DNA of 32,000 nt from Synechocystis sp. PCC 6803 substr. PCC-P (GCF_000284455.1 NC_017039.1:1020001-1052000), one strand, 5' to 3'. Counted from the first letter of the stretch, positions 1 through 9,591 are shown. The notes: generated by a model not told the origin, from the sequence alone. Made by a program: numbers and translations.

Positions 1-62
1 AACCTCAATCCTCCCAACCTCAGTTTTAACTCCCCTCTGACCACGGCGATCGCCAAACCACA

Positions 63-1016
63 ATGACCATTGATAACATCCGTCTTAGAAACGAATTTAT
101 TAACACCGAAGTTATTACCCGCAGCAGCGGCAAAAAACTGGGGGTAGTCAAAGAAGTGCTAGTCGATGTCGATCAGCGAGAAATTGTCGCCCTGGGACTG
201 CGGGACAACTTTTTGTCTTTAACCGGGATGCCCCAATATCTTTACCTGAACAGTATTGTCCAAACCGGGGACGTGGTCTTAGTAGAAAACGATGATGTTT
301 TTGAATTGGTGGAAGTGGACCTCTATTCCCCTCTGGTCAATAGCGAAGTGGTTACTGAAACGGGAGAACCCCTGGGTAGGGTAAGGGATTTTCAGTTTGA
401 CCTCGCCACTGGCAAAGTTTCCTCCATTATCATCGCTTCCTTGGGATTACCCCAAATTCCTGACCAACTTATCAGCACCTACGAGCTTTCCATTGACGAG
501 GTGGTGAGCAGTGGTCCCAACCGTTTGATCGTTTTTGAAGGAGCAGAGGAAAGATTAAATCAACTCAGTGTGGGATTACTGGAACGCCTTGGCATTGGCC
601 GTCCTTCTTGGGAACGGATGGAAGAGGATTTGTATTATCCCCCCACTACCCGCCCTGAAAATCAATTGGGCAGTGGCATCCCCGTGCGGCCACCGGTACA
701 AGTCCGTCAACCGGAGCCCGTGTTGGAAGAGCGTTGGAACGAGGACGATTGGCAAGATACCCGCCCTGCGCCGCCCCCTCGTCGGGAAGTGGCCCCTCTG
801 CGTTATCCAGAGCCGGAATATGAAGATGATTATGAAGTGGATAATTGGGGGGAAGCGTCTTCCCGTTCTTCTGCTCCAGAACCGGATTATGATTATGAAG
901 ATGGAGTGGCTGGCGATGTCTGGGACGACGATGAGGCCCCTGCTCCCTACAGCCCTCCCCGGGTGAATATTCCGGAAACCCGCCGGGAAAAAATGCCTGA
1001 ATATTATGAAGAATAG
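63..1016 (+). CDS. PRC-barrel domain protein with acidic, Tyr/Pro-rich C-terminal tail
   Basis: 317-aa ORF with two PRC-barrel-like repeats (RNEFINTEVITRSSGKKLGVVKEVLVD and SPLVNSEVVTETGEPLGRVRDFQFD), then a low-complexity acidic tail (EPEYEDDYEVDNWGE, DYDYEDGVAGDVWDDDE). Confidence 0.85.
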   Translation: MTIDNIRLRNEFINTEVITRSSGKKLGVVKEVLVDVDQREIVALGLRDNFLSLTGMPQYLYLNSIVQTGDVVLVENDDVFELVEVDLYSPLVNSEVVTETGEPLGRVRDFQFDLATGKVSSIIIASLGLPQIPDQLISTYELSIDEVVSSGPNRLIVFEGAEERLNQLSVGLLERLGIGRPSWERMEEDLYYPPTTRPENQLGSGIPVRPPVQVRQPEPVLEERWNEDDWQDTRPAPPPRREVAPLRYPEPEYEDDYEVDNWGEASSRSSAPEPDYDYEDGVAGDVWDDDEAPAPYSPPRVNIPETRREKMPEYYEE

Positions 1017-1066
1017 TCTCTGATTTAACTAGTCTTGCGCCTTTGTTCGGTTATTCGTATTGTAAG

Positions 1067-1289
1067 TAACGTGAGTTCGGGATAAGAAAGATGACTGACA
1101 ATAGGCTACAAGCTTTACAGGTCAATACATTCGGGAATGACATCAGACTCGTGATTTGTGTTTTTGCATCCTCACAAGTGATTTTTTTGAAGTCCTGAAG
1201 CCCCAAATCCCCCAGTGTACTTGGCGAAAAAACCTCCATTGCAGTCAGAGCAATACTTCTAAGGATCGGCTTAACCCGAACTCACGTTA
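1067..1289 (-). repeat. MITE-like / truncated IS element, copy 1
   Basis: ~223 bp bounded by terminal inverted repeats TAACGTGAGTTCGGGATAAG (1067-1086) and CTTAACCCGAACTCACGTTA (1270-1289). The reverse complement aligns by hand at ~93% to 2308-2531. Confidence 0.85.
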
Positions 1290-1327
1290 AATATTAACCC
1301 CAGCGTCTTTGCACTCGAACGACTACA

Positions 1328-2263
1328 TTGACTCTCACCCTCTGGAAGCGTTTTCAATCCTCCGCCTCTAACCCTTTAATTTCACCCTGTGACCCTACCG
1401 AGCTCGATATCCTTGCACGCACAACCCTTCTTTCTCCCTGGCAGTTCTACCGCTACGTCTGCAACATTTGCCAGCAAAATGGGCATGAGCGTTTGTATTT
1501 CGGTCATTTGCCTTGTATTTTCTGTGATTATTTGCCAGAACCACTACTTCTTGCCTTTTTTGATCGCTTAGCAGAGAGTGTAGGAAGATCACCGCAGCCC
1601 TTCCCAAAAACAACTCTCCACCTTCAGAGTCTGCAAGGTACTCTGGAACTTCGCATCAGCCATGCTGGAAGTGGAATGATTGGACAGGTAGTTAGGCTTG
1701 ACATAACATACCGGGAGAAGACGCACTCCTGGGCATTTAAAGCCTTTTTCGAACCGGATTTCGTCTGGCAACATGGCGTTTGGTCCGAGATACCAGTAGG
1801 AATATATTTGCGATCCCAGCATGTCACCCGTGACGTAGCGCAGTTCCATGCCGCTGGACTCACCTGGATGCTGTGTGAATGGATCGAACCGGATGATTGT
1901 CCTAAAACTCGCCCTGGACGCTCCTATGATAGTCTAGCTCAACAGCAGCAACTCACACCCCTTAATCCTCTCAACTATGCCAACTACAGTCGCCATGGCA
2001 TTCGCCTTGATCTCGGTGGCATTCAAAAAATCTACTGGGGACGAAGAATTCGCGATTTTGCTTACACGCTGGTTTTCTATCACAGGCGAGTCCATCGGGA
2101 AGGATGGCGCTTTCTCAGTCCCTATCTTAATTGCTGGACTCTCCGCTACCTTCTGGCAAGGGTGAAATGGTTGCTGTTTCTAAGAAGACCAACGTGCGCA
2201 TTTGAACAAAAAGTTACAGTTTCGGACGAAAAGCCTTCAAGGCAAGGGCCTCAAGATTCTTGA
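1328..2263 (+). CDS. Hypothetical protein, possibly a divergent kinase-like fold
   Basis: 311-aa uninterrupted ORF lying wholly between the two inverted repeat copies. No confident family match by eye. Confidence 0.65.
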   Translation: MTLTLWKRFQSSASNPLISPCDPTELDILARTTLLSPWQFYRYVCNICQQNGHERLYFGHLPCIFCDYLPEPLLLAFFDRLAESVGRSPQPFPKTTLHLQSLQGTLELRISHAGSGMIGQVVRLDITYREKTHSWAFKAFFEPDFVWQHGVWSEIPVGIYLRSQHVTRDVAQFHAAGLTWMLCEWIEPDDCPKTRPGRSYDSLAQQQQLTPLNPLNYANYSRHGIRLDLGGIQKIYWGRRIRDFAYTLVFYHRRVHREGWRFLSPYLNCWTLRYLLARVKWLLFLRRPTCAFEQKVTVSDEKPSRQGPQDS

Positions 2264-2307
2264 AGTGGAGCATGGCTTAGTATTCGCAACGGAAAAATTT
2301 TGGTAGT

Positions 2308-2531
2308 TAACGCGAGTTCGGGTTAAGCCGATCCTTAGAAGTATTGCTCTGACTGCAATGGAGGCTTTTTCGCCAGCTACACTGGGGGATTTGGGGCTTC
2401 AGGACTTCAAAAAAATCACTTGTGAGGATGAAAAAACAGAAATCATGAGTCTGATGTCATTGCCGAATGTATTGATCTATAAAGCTTTTAGCCCATTGTT
2501 CAGTCCTCTTTCTTATCTCGAACTCACGTTA
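2308..2531 (+). repeat. MITE-like / truncated IS element, copy 2
   Basis: ~224 bp bounded by TAACGCGAGTTCGGGTTAAG (2308-2327) and CTTATCTCGAACTCACGTTA (2512-2531); inverted relative to copy 1. Confidence 0.85.
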
Positions 2532-2532
2532 G

Positions 2533-4938
2533 TCAAAGGCGGCGTAGAGGGGCGAAACTGGGGTCAATAATTTTCACACCAATGCCGGGAAATTTGATGG
2601 CCAAATTAGCTTTATGGCCTTTGCCTAAAATGTGGGTCACAGTGCCTTCTCCAAAATTGTTGTGCATTACCCGATCGCCAACATTCCAGATTAGGTCTTT
2701 AGCCGGTTGAGTGGACTGGGAACCAGTTTTTTTTCGGGCTTGTTTTTGGGCAATGGAAGGTCCCTTGGGATCGGCGGCAGGAGCATTGCGACCAGTTCTA
2801 CGACCAGTTGAGCCATCGGCCAATAAATCCGGTGGTAATTCCTGGAGAAATTGGGACGGTATTTTGGTTTCTAAAGAACCCCAGATGTAACGCATGCGAG
2901 CATGGGTCAAAAAGAGATTTTCCTGGGCTCTGGTAATGCCCACGTAACATAAACGGCGTTCCTCTTCTAGATCCAAAGGATCATTTAAACTGCGGGCGTG
3001 GGGGCAAGTGCCCTGCTCCAACCCCACTAAGAAGACCACTGGAAATTCCAGGCCCTTAGCAGAGTGGAGAGTCATGAGGGACACTTCGTCTCCGGATTCC
3101 TCCAGGTCATCAAGGTCGGAAGTGAGGGATGCTGAAGCCAAAAAATCCACTAGGCTAGGGTCTTCACTTTCTGCTTCAAACTGTCGCACTGCATTGTCCA
3201 ATTCCCCCAGGTTGGCCAGGCGATTATCCGCTTCTTCGGTGCCTTTTTGCTTTAAGTCGTCCACATAATTGGATTTTTCCAACACTAAGCTGAGGGCTTC
3301 CGACGCAGAAAGCTCACCAATTTGGCTTTGGATTTCCTGGAGCATGCGGGCAAATTGCAGGGTTTTTTTACCTGATCGCCCGGCCAGAGTATTCACCGAA
3401 GTTTCGTCGGTAATAATTTCCCACAGGGGAATGTCCAATTCCTTAGAGGCATTAACAAAACCTTCAATGGTGGATTTACCGATGCCCCGCCGGGGAGTAT
3501 TGATGATACGCAACAAGCTGACCGTATCCGCCGGATTAACTAACACCCGGAGATAGGCAATGGCATCTTTAATTTCCTGGCGATCGTAGAAGCGAAAACC
3601 ACCGACAATATTGTAGCGAATATTATTATTTAATAGCTGTTCTTCAAAGGCCCGGGATTGGGCATTGGTGCGATATAAAATAGCAAAATCACCAAAATTT
3701 AATTCTGGGTTATTTTTCCTTAAGCTCAGAATTTTATTAATCACAAAACGGGACTCATCCCTTTCATCATCCGCCTGGTAAAGGATAATATCATCTCCGC
3801 CACTCCGGGTAGCCTTGAGGATCTTGTCAATCCGTTGGCTATTATGTTCAATTAAATGGTTAGCCGCTTGGAGGATATTTTCCCGAGAACGGTAATTTTC
3901 CTCTAGTTTGACCATGGTGGTCGTTTCCCCATCCAACAGGCGATCGCCAAAATCCTCTTGGAAATTGAGCAGGATGGTAAAGTCTGCCATGCGGAAACTG
4001 TAAATAGATTGGTCTGCATCCCCCACCACAAAAGTGGAACGCCCCCGCCAATCCCACTCCGACTGCCGTTCTTCCCCATTGGTGCTCAGCAGACGAATTA
4101 AATCATATTGGATGCGATTAGTGTCTTGGTATTCATCCACCAAAATATGGTTAAATTTTCGGTGCCAGTAGCCTAAAACTGATTCATTTTGTTGAAATAA
4201 ACGGGTAGGGATGAGAATTAAATCATCAAAATCTAGAGCGTTATTAGCGGCCAATTGATTTTGGTAAGCTTGGTAAACTTCCGCAATGACCCTACCTTTA
4301 TAACTGGGATTTTCCCTTAGATAGGTCTCCGGTGATTGCCCGAGGTTTTTGGCATTACTGACCTGGTAGCGAATACTCTTAGGATTGAACTGTTTTTCGT
4401 CCAAATCCATATCCTTAGTGACAATGGTCTTAAACAAACTTTGCACGTCACTTTCATCAAAAATGGAAAACTGTTTTGTCCAACGGCGGCCACTGCTGTC
4501 CTGATATTTATCAATGTCGTAGCGGAGAATACGAGAACATAGACTGTGGAAAGTGCCAATCCAGAGGGGTTTCGTAACTGTTTTGTACACCCTGGAAAGC
4601 AACTGTTTTTGTTCATATTTCCCCAACAATTCCCACCGTTGGCTAAATTCCTGTTGGGCCCAGGCTTGGGCAAAAATCTTTTCCAAACGTTCCTTCATTT
4701 CCTTGGCGGCTTTATTGGTAAAGGTTACCGCCAGGATATTTTCCGGATTGATGCGATGCTGACGAATTAGATGGGCAATGCGGTAGGTTAGTGCCCTAGT
4801 TTTCCCTGAGCCGGCCCCGGCCACCACCAAAAGAGGGCCACAAAAATGCTCCACCGCCCGCCGTTGGGAAGGATTGAGGTGGGCAAGGTAGTCGGGGACA
4901 ACAGTCATGGGCACAGTAACAGTAGGCTTAAGGTTCAA
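2533..4938 (-). CDS. pcrA: ATP-dependent DNA helicase, UvrD/PcrA/Rep family (SF1)
   Basis: 801 aa; Walker A VVAGAGSGKTRALTYR, AVTFTNKAAKEMKER, Walker B-like ILVDEYQDTNRIQYDL, VVGDADQSIYSFR, VSLMTLHSAKGLEFPVVFL, YVGITRAQENLFLTHA. Confidence 0.97.
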   Translation of the reverse strand: MNLKPTVTVPMTVVPDYLAHLNPSQRRAVEHFCGPLLVVAGAGSGKTRALTYRIAHLIRQHRINPENILAVTFTNKAAKEMKERLEKIFAQAWAQQEFSQRWELLGKYEQKQLLSRVYKTVTKPLWIGTFHSLCSRILRYDIDKYQDSSGRRWTKQFSIFDESDVQSLFKTIVTKDMDLDEKQFNPKSIRYQVSNAKNLGQSPETYLRENPSYKGRVIAEVYQAYQNQLAANNALDFDDLILIPTRLFQQNESVLGYWHRKFNHILVDEYQDTNRIQYDLIRLLSTNGEERQSEWDWRGRSTFVVGDADQSIYSFRMADFTILLNFQEDFGDRLLDGETTTMVKLEENYRSRENILQAANHLIEHNSQRIDKILKATRSGGDDIILYQADDERDESRFVINKILSLRKNNPELNFGDFAILYRTNAQSRAFEEQLLNNNIRYNIVGGFRFYDRQEIKDAIAYLRVLVNPADTVSLLRIINTPRRGIGKSTIEGFVNASKELDIPLWEIITDETSVNTLAGRSGKKTLQFARMLQEIQSQIGELSASEALSLVLEKSNYVDDLKQKGTEEADNRLANLGELDNAVRQFEAESEDPSLVDFLASASLTSDLDDLEESGDEVSLMTLHSAKGLEFPVVFLVGLEQGTCPHARSLNDPLDLEEERRLCYVGITRAQENLFLTHARMRYIWGSLETKIPSQFLQELPPDLLADGSTGRRTGRNAPAADPKGPSIAQKQARKKTGSQSTQPAKDLIWNVGDRVMHNNFGEGTVTHILGKGHKANLAIKFPGIGVKIIDPSFAPLRRL

Positions 4939-5079
4939 TCAACAATTAAGTTTAGCAATCAACCAAGGGAAATTATTTTTTCGCTCTTTTCCGTTTCCAT
5001 GGCAATCGCCCTTCGTTGAGAGATCTACAACCACCATTTATTAACCTGAACTAAATATTGCTTAATGATTTTGAGGGGG

Positions 5080-5601
5080 CTAACTATCGGATTCCGCCTC
5101 AAAGCTATCGGAACTTAGGCGAGCCTGTTTGATCAGGGTTTCCGGGCTAACATTGTCGAGAAAATCCCGAAAAGCTTGTCTTTCTTCTTCGTCCGCATCT
5201 CGATCCACGGGAATGGAAGCATCGGCCAACACTTCTTCCATCACCCAAATGGGACTGTCCATCCGCAACGCGAGGGAAATGGCATCACTGGGGCGGCAGT
5301 CAATTTCCCTAATTTGATCCCCCTGGGCACAACAGAGCACAGCGTAAAAGGTATTATCCTGCAGGGAATGAATAATAATTTTTTTGAGGTCCACATCCCA
5401 GGTGGTGAGGAGATTGACCATCAGGTCATGGGTGAGGGGACGGGTGGGCTTTTGATTTTCCAGGGCTCCGATAATCGACCGAGCTTGGTCTTGGCTGATA
5501 TAAATGGGTAATGCCCGCCGTTCAGATCCATCCTTGAGCAATACGATGGGACTGCGACTTACCGCATCGAGGGCAATGCCAGCTACTCTCATCTCAATCA
5601 T
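5080..5601 (-). CDS. DUF151 / bifunctional nuclease family protein
   Basis: 173 aa; RALPIYISQDQARSI...PLTHDLMVNLL and DCRPSDAISLALRMDSPIWV are typical of DUF151. Confidence 0.88.
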   Translation of the reverse strand: MIEMRVAGIALDAVSRSPIVLLKDGSERRALPIYISQDQARSIIGALENQKPTRPLTHDLMVNLLTTWDVDLKKIIIHSLQDNTFYAVLCCAQGDQIREIDCRPSDAISLALRMDSPIWVMEEVLADASIPVDRDADEEERQAFRDFLDNVSPETLIKQARLSSDSFEAESDS

Positions 5602-5773
5602 TGGGTAGATCCTCTGGGGAACATTGACAGCACAATGCAGGTTTTCATTTTAACTTACTCCTACTCCCCCCAGGGTCATGGCCAGTTGGTCACTAAGGAC
5701 CGTTCCCCCTAAGATGGGGAGGGTTGTCAATTGTCAAAATCACATTACTGCTGGTGGTGGGAGACGTACATTA

Positions 5774-6697
5774 ATGAAAATTATTTTGACTGGGGCGACG
5801 GGTTTTGTGGGGTGCTCTTTGGTGCCTCTACTACATCAACAGGGCCATGAGCTAACTTTGCTGGTGCGTAGTGTGTCTAAGGCCCAACGGTTATTTGCCC
5901 CCGGTAGTTTCCCCCAGTTAAAGGCGATCGCCTATGAAGCCACTAAAAGCGGGGACTGGCAAAAGGTCGTTGATGGCCAGGATGCGGTGATTAATTTGGC
6001 GGGGGAACCCATTTCGGAAAGATGGACAGAAGCTTACAAAGCCGAGATTTTTGATAGCAGAAAGCTGGGCACAGAAAAGTTGGTGGAGGCGATCGCCAAA
6101 GCGGATAGAAAACCCCAAGTAATGATTTCTGGGTCAGCCATAGGTTACTACGGCACCAGCGAGACGGCGACTTTTACGGAAAGTAGTAAGCCTGGAGATG
6201 ATTTTCTGGCGGAAGTTTGTCAGGCGTGGGAAAATGCCGCCCACCAGGTAGAACAGTTGGGAGTTCGGTTAGTAGTTTTTCGCATTGGCATTGTGCTGGG
6301 GGCCGATGGGGGAGCGTTGGCCAAAATGTTGCCACCGTTCAAACTCTTTGCTGGGGGGCCATTGGGCAGTGGAGAACAATGGTTTTCTTGGATTGATCGC
6401 CGGGATTTAATTGCTTTAATTGATAAAGCTTTAACGGACTCAACTTTACGGGGAACGTACAATGCCACAGCGCCCAACCCAGTCAAGATGAAGGAATTTT
6501 GCCACACCCTGGGCAAAGTTTTGGCCCGTCCTTCCTGGTTGCCCGTACCGGATATTGCGTTGGAATTATTGCTGGGGGAAGGGGCCAAGTTAGTGCTGGA
6601 GGGGCAGGAAGTTTTGCCGGGGGCCATTAGCAAAACAGATTTTCAGTTCCAGGCTCCAGATTTAGAAACCAGTTTGCGGCAAATTTTAGGGAGTTAA
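5774..6697 (+). CDS. TIGR01777 family NAD-dependent epimerase/dehydratase (SulA-like)
   Basis: Longest ORF begins at 5678, but the internal Met at 5774 starts the Rossmann motif [13 protein letters not shown]. Other motifs: [28 protein letters not shown]. Confidence 0.9.
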
Positions 6698-6747
6698 CCA
6701 ATCCCCAAAATAGCCCCAATGAAGATGCTAGGATGCCTTGATGTAAA

Positions 6748-7992
6748 TTGATTTCGGTTTCCGCTGTGGCCCAGGTAATTGTCGAAAATCTCTACAAAAG
6801 TTTCCCCGCCCAAGGCAAAAACAAAGCTAAAGACGGAGGAACAGTGAATGTGCTTAAGGCCATTAACCTGGAAATTGCCGACGGGGAATTTATGGTGCTG
6901 GTGGGGCCGTCCGGTTGTGGTAAAAGTACTCTACTGCGGCTCATTGCTGGTTTGGAAACCGTTACAGGGGGTAATATTCTCATTGGCGATCGCCGGGTAA
7001 ATGATTTACCGCCCAAAGCCAGGGACATTGCCATGGTGTTCCAAAGCTATGCCCTCTATCCCCACCTGAGTGTTTACGACAACATTGCCTTTGGTTTGCG
7101 GCGCATGCTGGATCGGGAAAATAATCAGACTGAAGATAAATTCCCCCGCTGGGTAGGGGACAGTTTACGGGGCATTACCAAACCTTTGCCAAAATCTTTA
7201 CACTACCTTTCTGCCCAGGAAAAAGTACTGGCTCAACGGGTCAACCAAGTGGCCCAACAATTGCAAATTGACCATTTACTAGACCGGCTGCCCAAACAAT
7301 TATCCGGCGGCCAAAAGCAACGGGTGGCCCTCGGTCGGGCGATCGCCAGAAATCCCCAAGTCTTTTTGATGGATGAACCCCTGTCCAACCTGGATGCCAA
7401 ACTAAGGGCAGAAACCCGCAGTCAGATTGTGCAAATTCAGCGGCAACTGGGCACCACCACCATTTACGTTACCCACGACCAAACCGAAGCCATGACCATG
7501 GGCGATCGTATTGCGGTGCTTAACCAAGGGGTAATTCAACAAATTGCGCCCCCCTTAACTTTGTACAATCAACCCGCCAACCGTTTTGTGGGGGAATTTA
7601 TCGGCTCTCCTCCCATGAATTTTTTTACCCTCAAAGTGGCATCGGCTTCAGTGTTGCAACATCCTGCCTTTGCCCTCAATCTGCCGGAAAAGTGGCATGG
7701 ACTGGTGGCCCCCTACGTAGGTCGTTCCTTGATCCTAGGGGTACGGCCAGAAAGTTTTATCCCTAGTACCGAAGGGTCCAACGCTTTTCCTGTCACAGTA
7801 AATTTGGTTGAAGCCCTCGGTAACGATACTTTTATCTATGCCCATTTAGTGACAGAGCCGGATCTCACCATCCAAGCCCGCATTGCCCCCGATCATCCCC
7901 TCCAGGTGGGGGAACAACTCTGGCTGACAATCAACCCCGAAAAAATTCATCTGTTCGACGCCAAAACTGAACAGGCGATCGACCAACGTTAA
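6748..7992 (+). CDS. ABC transporter ATP-binding protein, MalK/UgpC-like
   Basis: Walker A GPSGCGKST, signature LSGGQKQRVALGRAIARNP, Walker B VFLMDEPLSNLD, H-loop VTHDQTEAM, C-terminal TOBE/MOP-like domain. Confidence 0.95.
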   Translation: MISVSAVAQVIVENLYKSFPAQGKNKAKDGGTVNVLKAINLEIADGEFMVLVGPSGCGKSTLLRLIAGLETVTGGNILIGDRRVNDLPPKARDIAMVFQSYALYPHLSVYDNIAFGLRRMLDRENNQTEDKFPRWVGDSLRGITKPLPKSLHYLSAQEKVLAQRVNQVAQQLQIDHLLDRLPKQLSGGQKQRVALGRAIARNPQVFLMDEPLSNLDAKLRAETRSQIVQIQRQLGTTTIYVTHDQTEAMTMGDRIAVLNQGVIQQIAPPLTLYNQPANRFVGEFIGSPPMNFFTLKVASASVLQHPAFALNLPEKWHGLVAPYVGRSLILGVRPESFIPSTEGSNAFPVTVNLVEALGNDTFIYAHLVTEPDLTIQARIAPDHPLQVGEQLWLTINPEKIHLFDAKTEQAIDQR

Positions 7993-8098
7993 AGAAATCA
8001 ACCCAAGCCCATTTTACCCACCATCCAGCCGAGGTTAATAGAAAAACAAGATAAACTGGGGCTGAGTCCGCCCAAACCTATCAGACCCTTACCAGCCA

Positions 8099-9586
8099 AT
8101 GGATCTGCTCTGCACCCGCCCCGGTTGTGCCCGTTTAAATTCTTTTCCTGACCTGGATAATCGCAATACTCTGCAAACAGTACAACAAAGGTTTTGCACC
8201 AGTTGTCGGATGCCACTAATTTTGGCGGGCAGATATTTGCCAGTGAAACTCCTGGGACAGGGGGGCTTTGGGGCGGCCTATCTGGCCCTAGATCGATTTA
8301 CCCCCACCATGCGTTTTTGTGTGGTGAAGCAATTTCAACCGTCAGGGAATTTAAATCAAGAGCAATTAGATTTGGCTTTGTCCCTATTTGAACGGGAAGC
8401 GGTGGTGTTGGAAAAGTTGGGCAATCGCCATGACCAGATTCCCGATTTATTTGCTTATTTTCCCCTGTTGGTGGACGATCCCCGCACTGGTAAACAGGAT
8501 CAGTTTTTTTATTTGGTGCAGGAATTTATTAACGGTCAGGATTTGGAAAAAACCGTTGAAAAACATGGCCCCCTGTCGGAAGCGGAAGTGCGTTGGGTGC
8601 TGACGGAAATGCTAAAAATTCTTAGTTTCGTCCACGGCACCGGAGCCATTCATCGGGATATTAAACCGTCTAATTTAATGCGGGACCAAGAGGGCAAATT
8701 GTATCTGTTGGATTTTGGCGCAGTAAAGCAAGCAACCGCCGGGGTGGGGGCCAGTAACGAAGGTTCCACGGGCATTTACTCCATGGGTTTTGCGCCACCG
8801 GAACAGATGGCTGGTAACCAGGTTTATCCCGCCACGGATTTATATGCTTTGGCTGTGACCTGTCTTTACCTGTTAACGGGCAAAACAGCCCAGGATTTGT
8901 ACGACGCTTACCATAACCAATGGAATTGGCGATCGCCTGGTTTGAAGGTGAGCCAGCCCTTGGCCGATGTGATTGACCGTTTGCTTTTACCCACTCCCAA
9001 GGACCGTTACGCCAGTGCGGAAGAGGTTTTGGCGGTGCTGAACGGCGGTAAAGGCAATCAGGGTAAAGCTCCGCCAGGGGCCACAGTTTCCACTCCCCAA
9101 GGTACCAATACCCAAATTCAACCAACCCCAGCAAGTTCTGCTTCTCCCCTAACAGCGCCAAAGACACCGGGTAAAATTAGCCAGGCGGTACAAAATTTGC
9201 CGGTTCTCAAAGTTCTGTTCCAAGGGGCTTTAACTGGTTCCGCTTTGGTTTTCTGGGGCATTATTGCTGTGAGCCTTTTTCCCCAGACCAATATTAGTTT
9301 GGGTATTTTGGGCATGGTGGTGGCGGGGATAATCTTGGCCCAATTCAAGCGTTGGTTAGAAGTAACGGAAATGTTGAGCCTCAATACCCTAACCATTCTG
9401 GCCCTATTAGCTGTGCCGGGTTTGAGCCGTTGGCCAAAGATTGTCGAACTAGCGACCCAACTTGATTTCCCGGTTCTAGTTACGGTCATTATTGCCGCTA
9501 TTGCCGGGGCGATCGCCGTAGTAGCAACCATTGCCCTATTTTTACTAATTCTCAAGCTACTTTTTGCAGTTTTAACCAGGGTTTGA
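8099..9586 (+). CDS. spkF: Serine/threonine protein kinase with N-terminal Cys-rich segment and C-terminal membrane segments
   Basis: 495 aa; LGQGGFGAAYLA glycine loop, VVKQF, IHRDIKPSNLM catalytic loop, YLLDFGAVK, GFAPPEQ; hydrophobic segments after ~residue 375. The symbol rests on recalled synteny with Synechocystis. Confidence 0.93.
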   Translation: MDLLCTRPGCARLNSFPDLDNRNTLQTVQQRFCTSCRMPLILAGRYLPVKLLGQGGFGAAYLALDRFTPTMRFCVVKQFQPSGNLNQEQLDLALSLFEREAVVLEKLGNRHDQIPDLFAYFPLLVDDPRTGKQDQFFYLVQEFINGQDLEKTVEKHGPLSEAEVRWVLTEMLKILSFVHGTGAIHRDIKPSNLMRDQEGKLYLLDFGAVKQATAGVGASNEGSTGIYSMGFAPPEQMAGNQVYPATDLYALAVTCLYLLTGKTAQDLYDAYHNQWNWRSPGLKVSQPLADVIDRLLLPTPKDRYASAEEVLAVLNGGKGNQGKAPPGATVSTPQGTNTQIQPTPASSASPLTAPKTPGKISQAVQNLPVLKVLFQGALTGSALVFWGIIAVSLFPQTNISLGILGMVVAGIILAQFKRWLEVTEMLSLNTLTILALLAVPGLSRWPKIVELATQLDFPVLVTVIIAAIAGAIAVVATIALFLLILKLLFAVLTRV

Positions 9587-9591
9587 AGGAT

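Noticed and set aside
568-966. 132-aa plus-strand ORF inside the PRC-barrel gene
   Set aside because: Alternate frame of a low-complexity acidic tail, with no domain content.
1051-1239. 62-aa minus-strand ORF as a gene
   Set aside because: It lies mostly within a repeated MITE-like element, and its near-twin at 2358-2570 reads out of the other copy. It is better explained as repeat-derived.
4317-4673. 118-aa minus-strand ORF, and plus-strand ORFs at 3008-3268, 3269-3556 and 4336-4770
   Set aside because: All are shadow frames of the well-supported helicase gene on the minus strand.
8670-9167. 165-aa minus-strand ORF opposite the kinase gene
   Set aside because: Antisense shadow with Pro/Trp-rich composition and no motifs.
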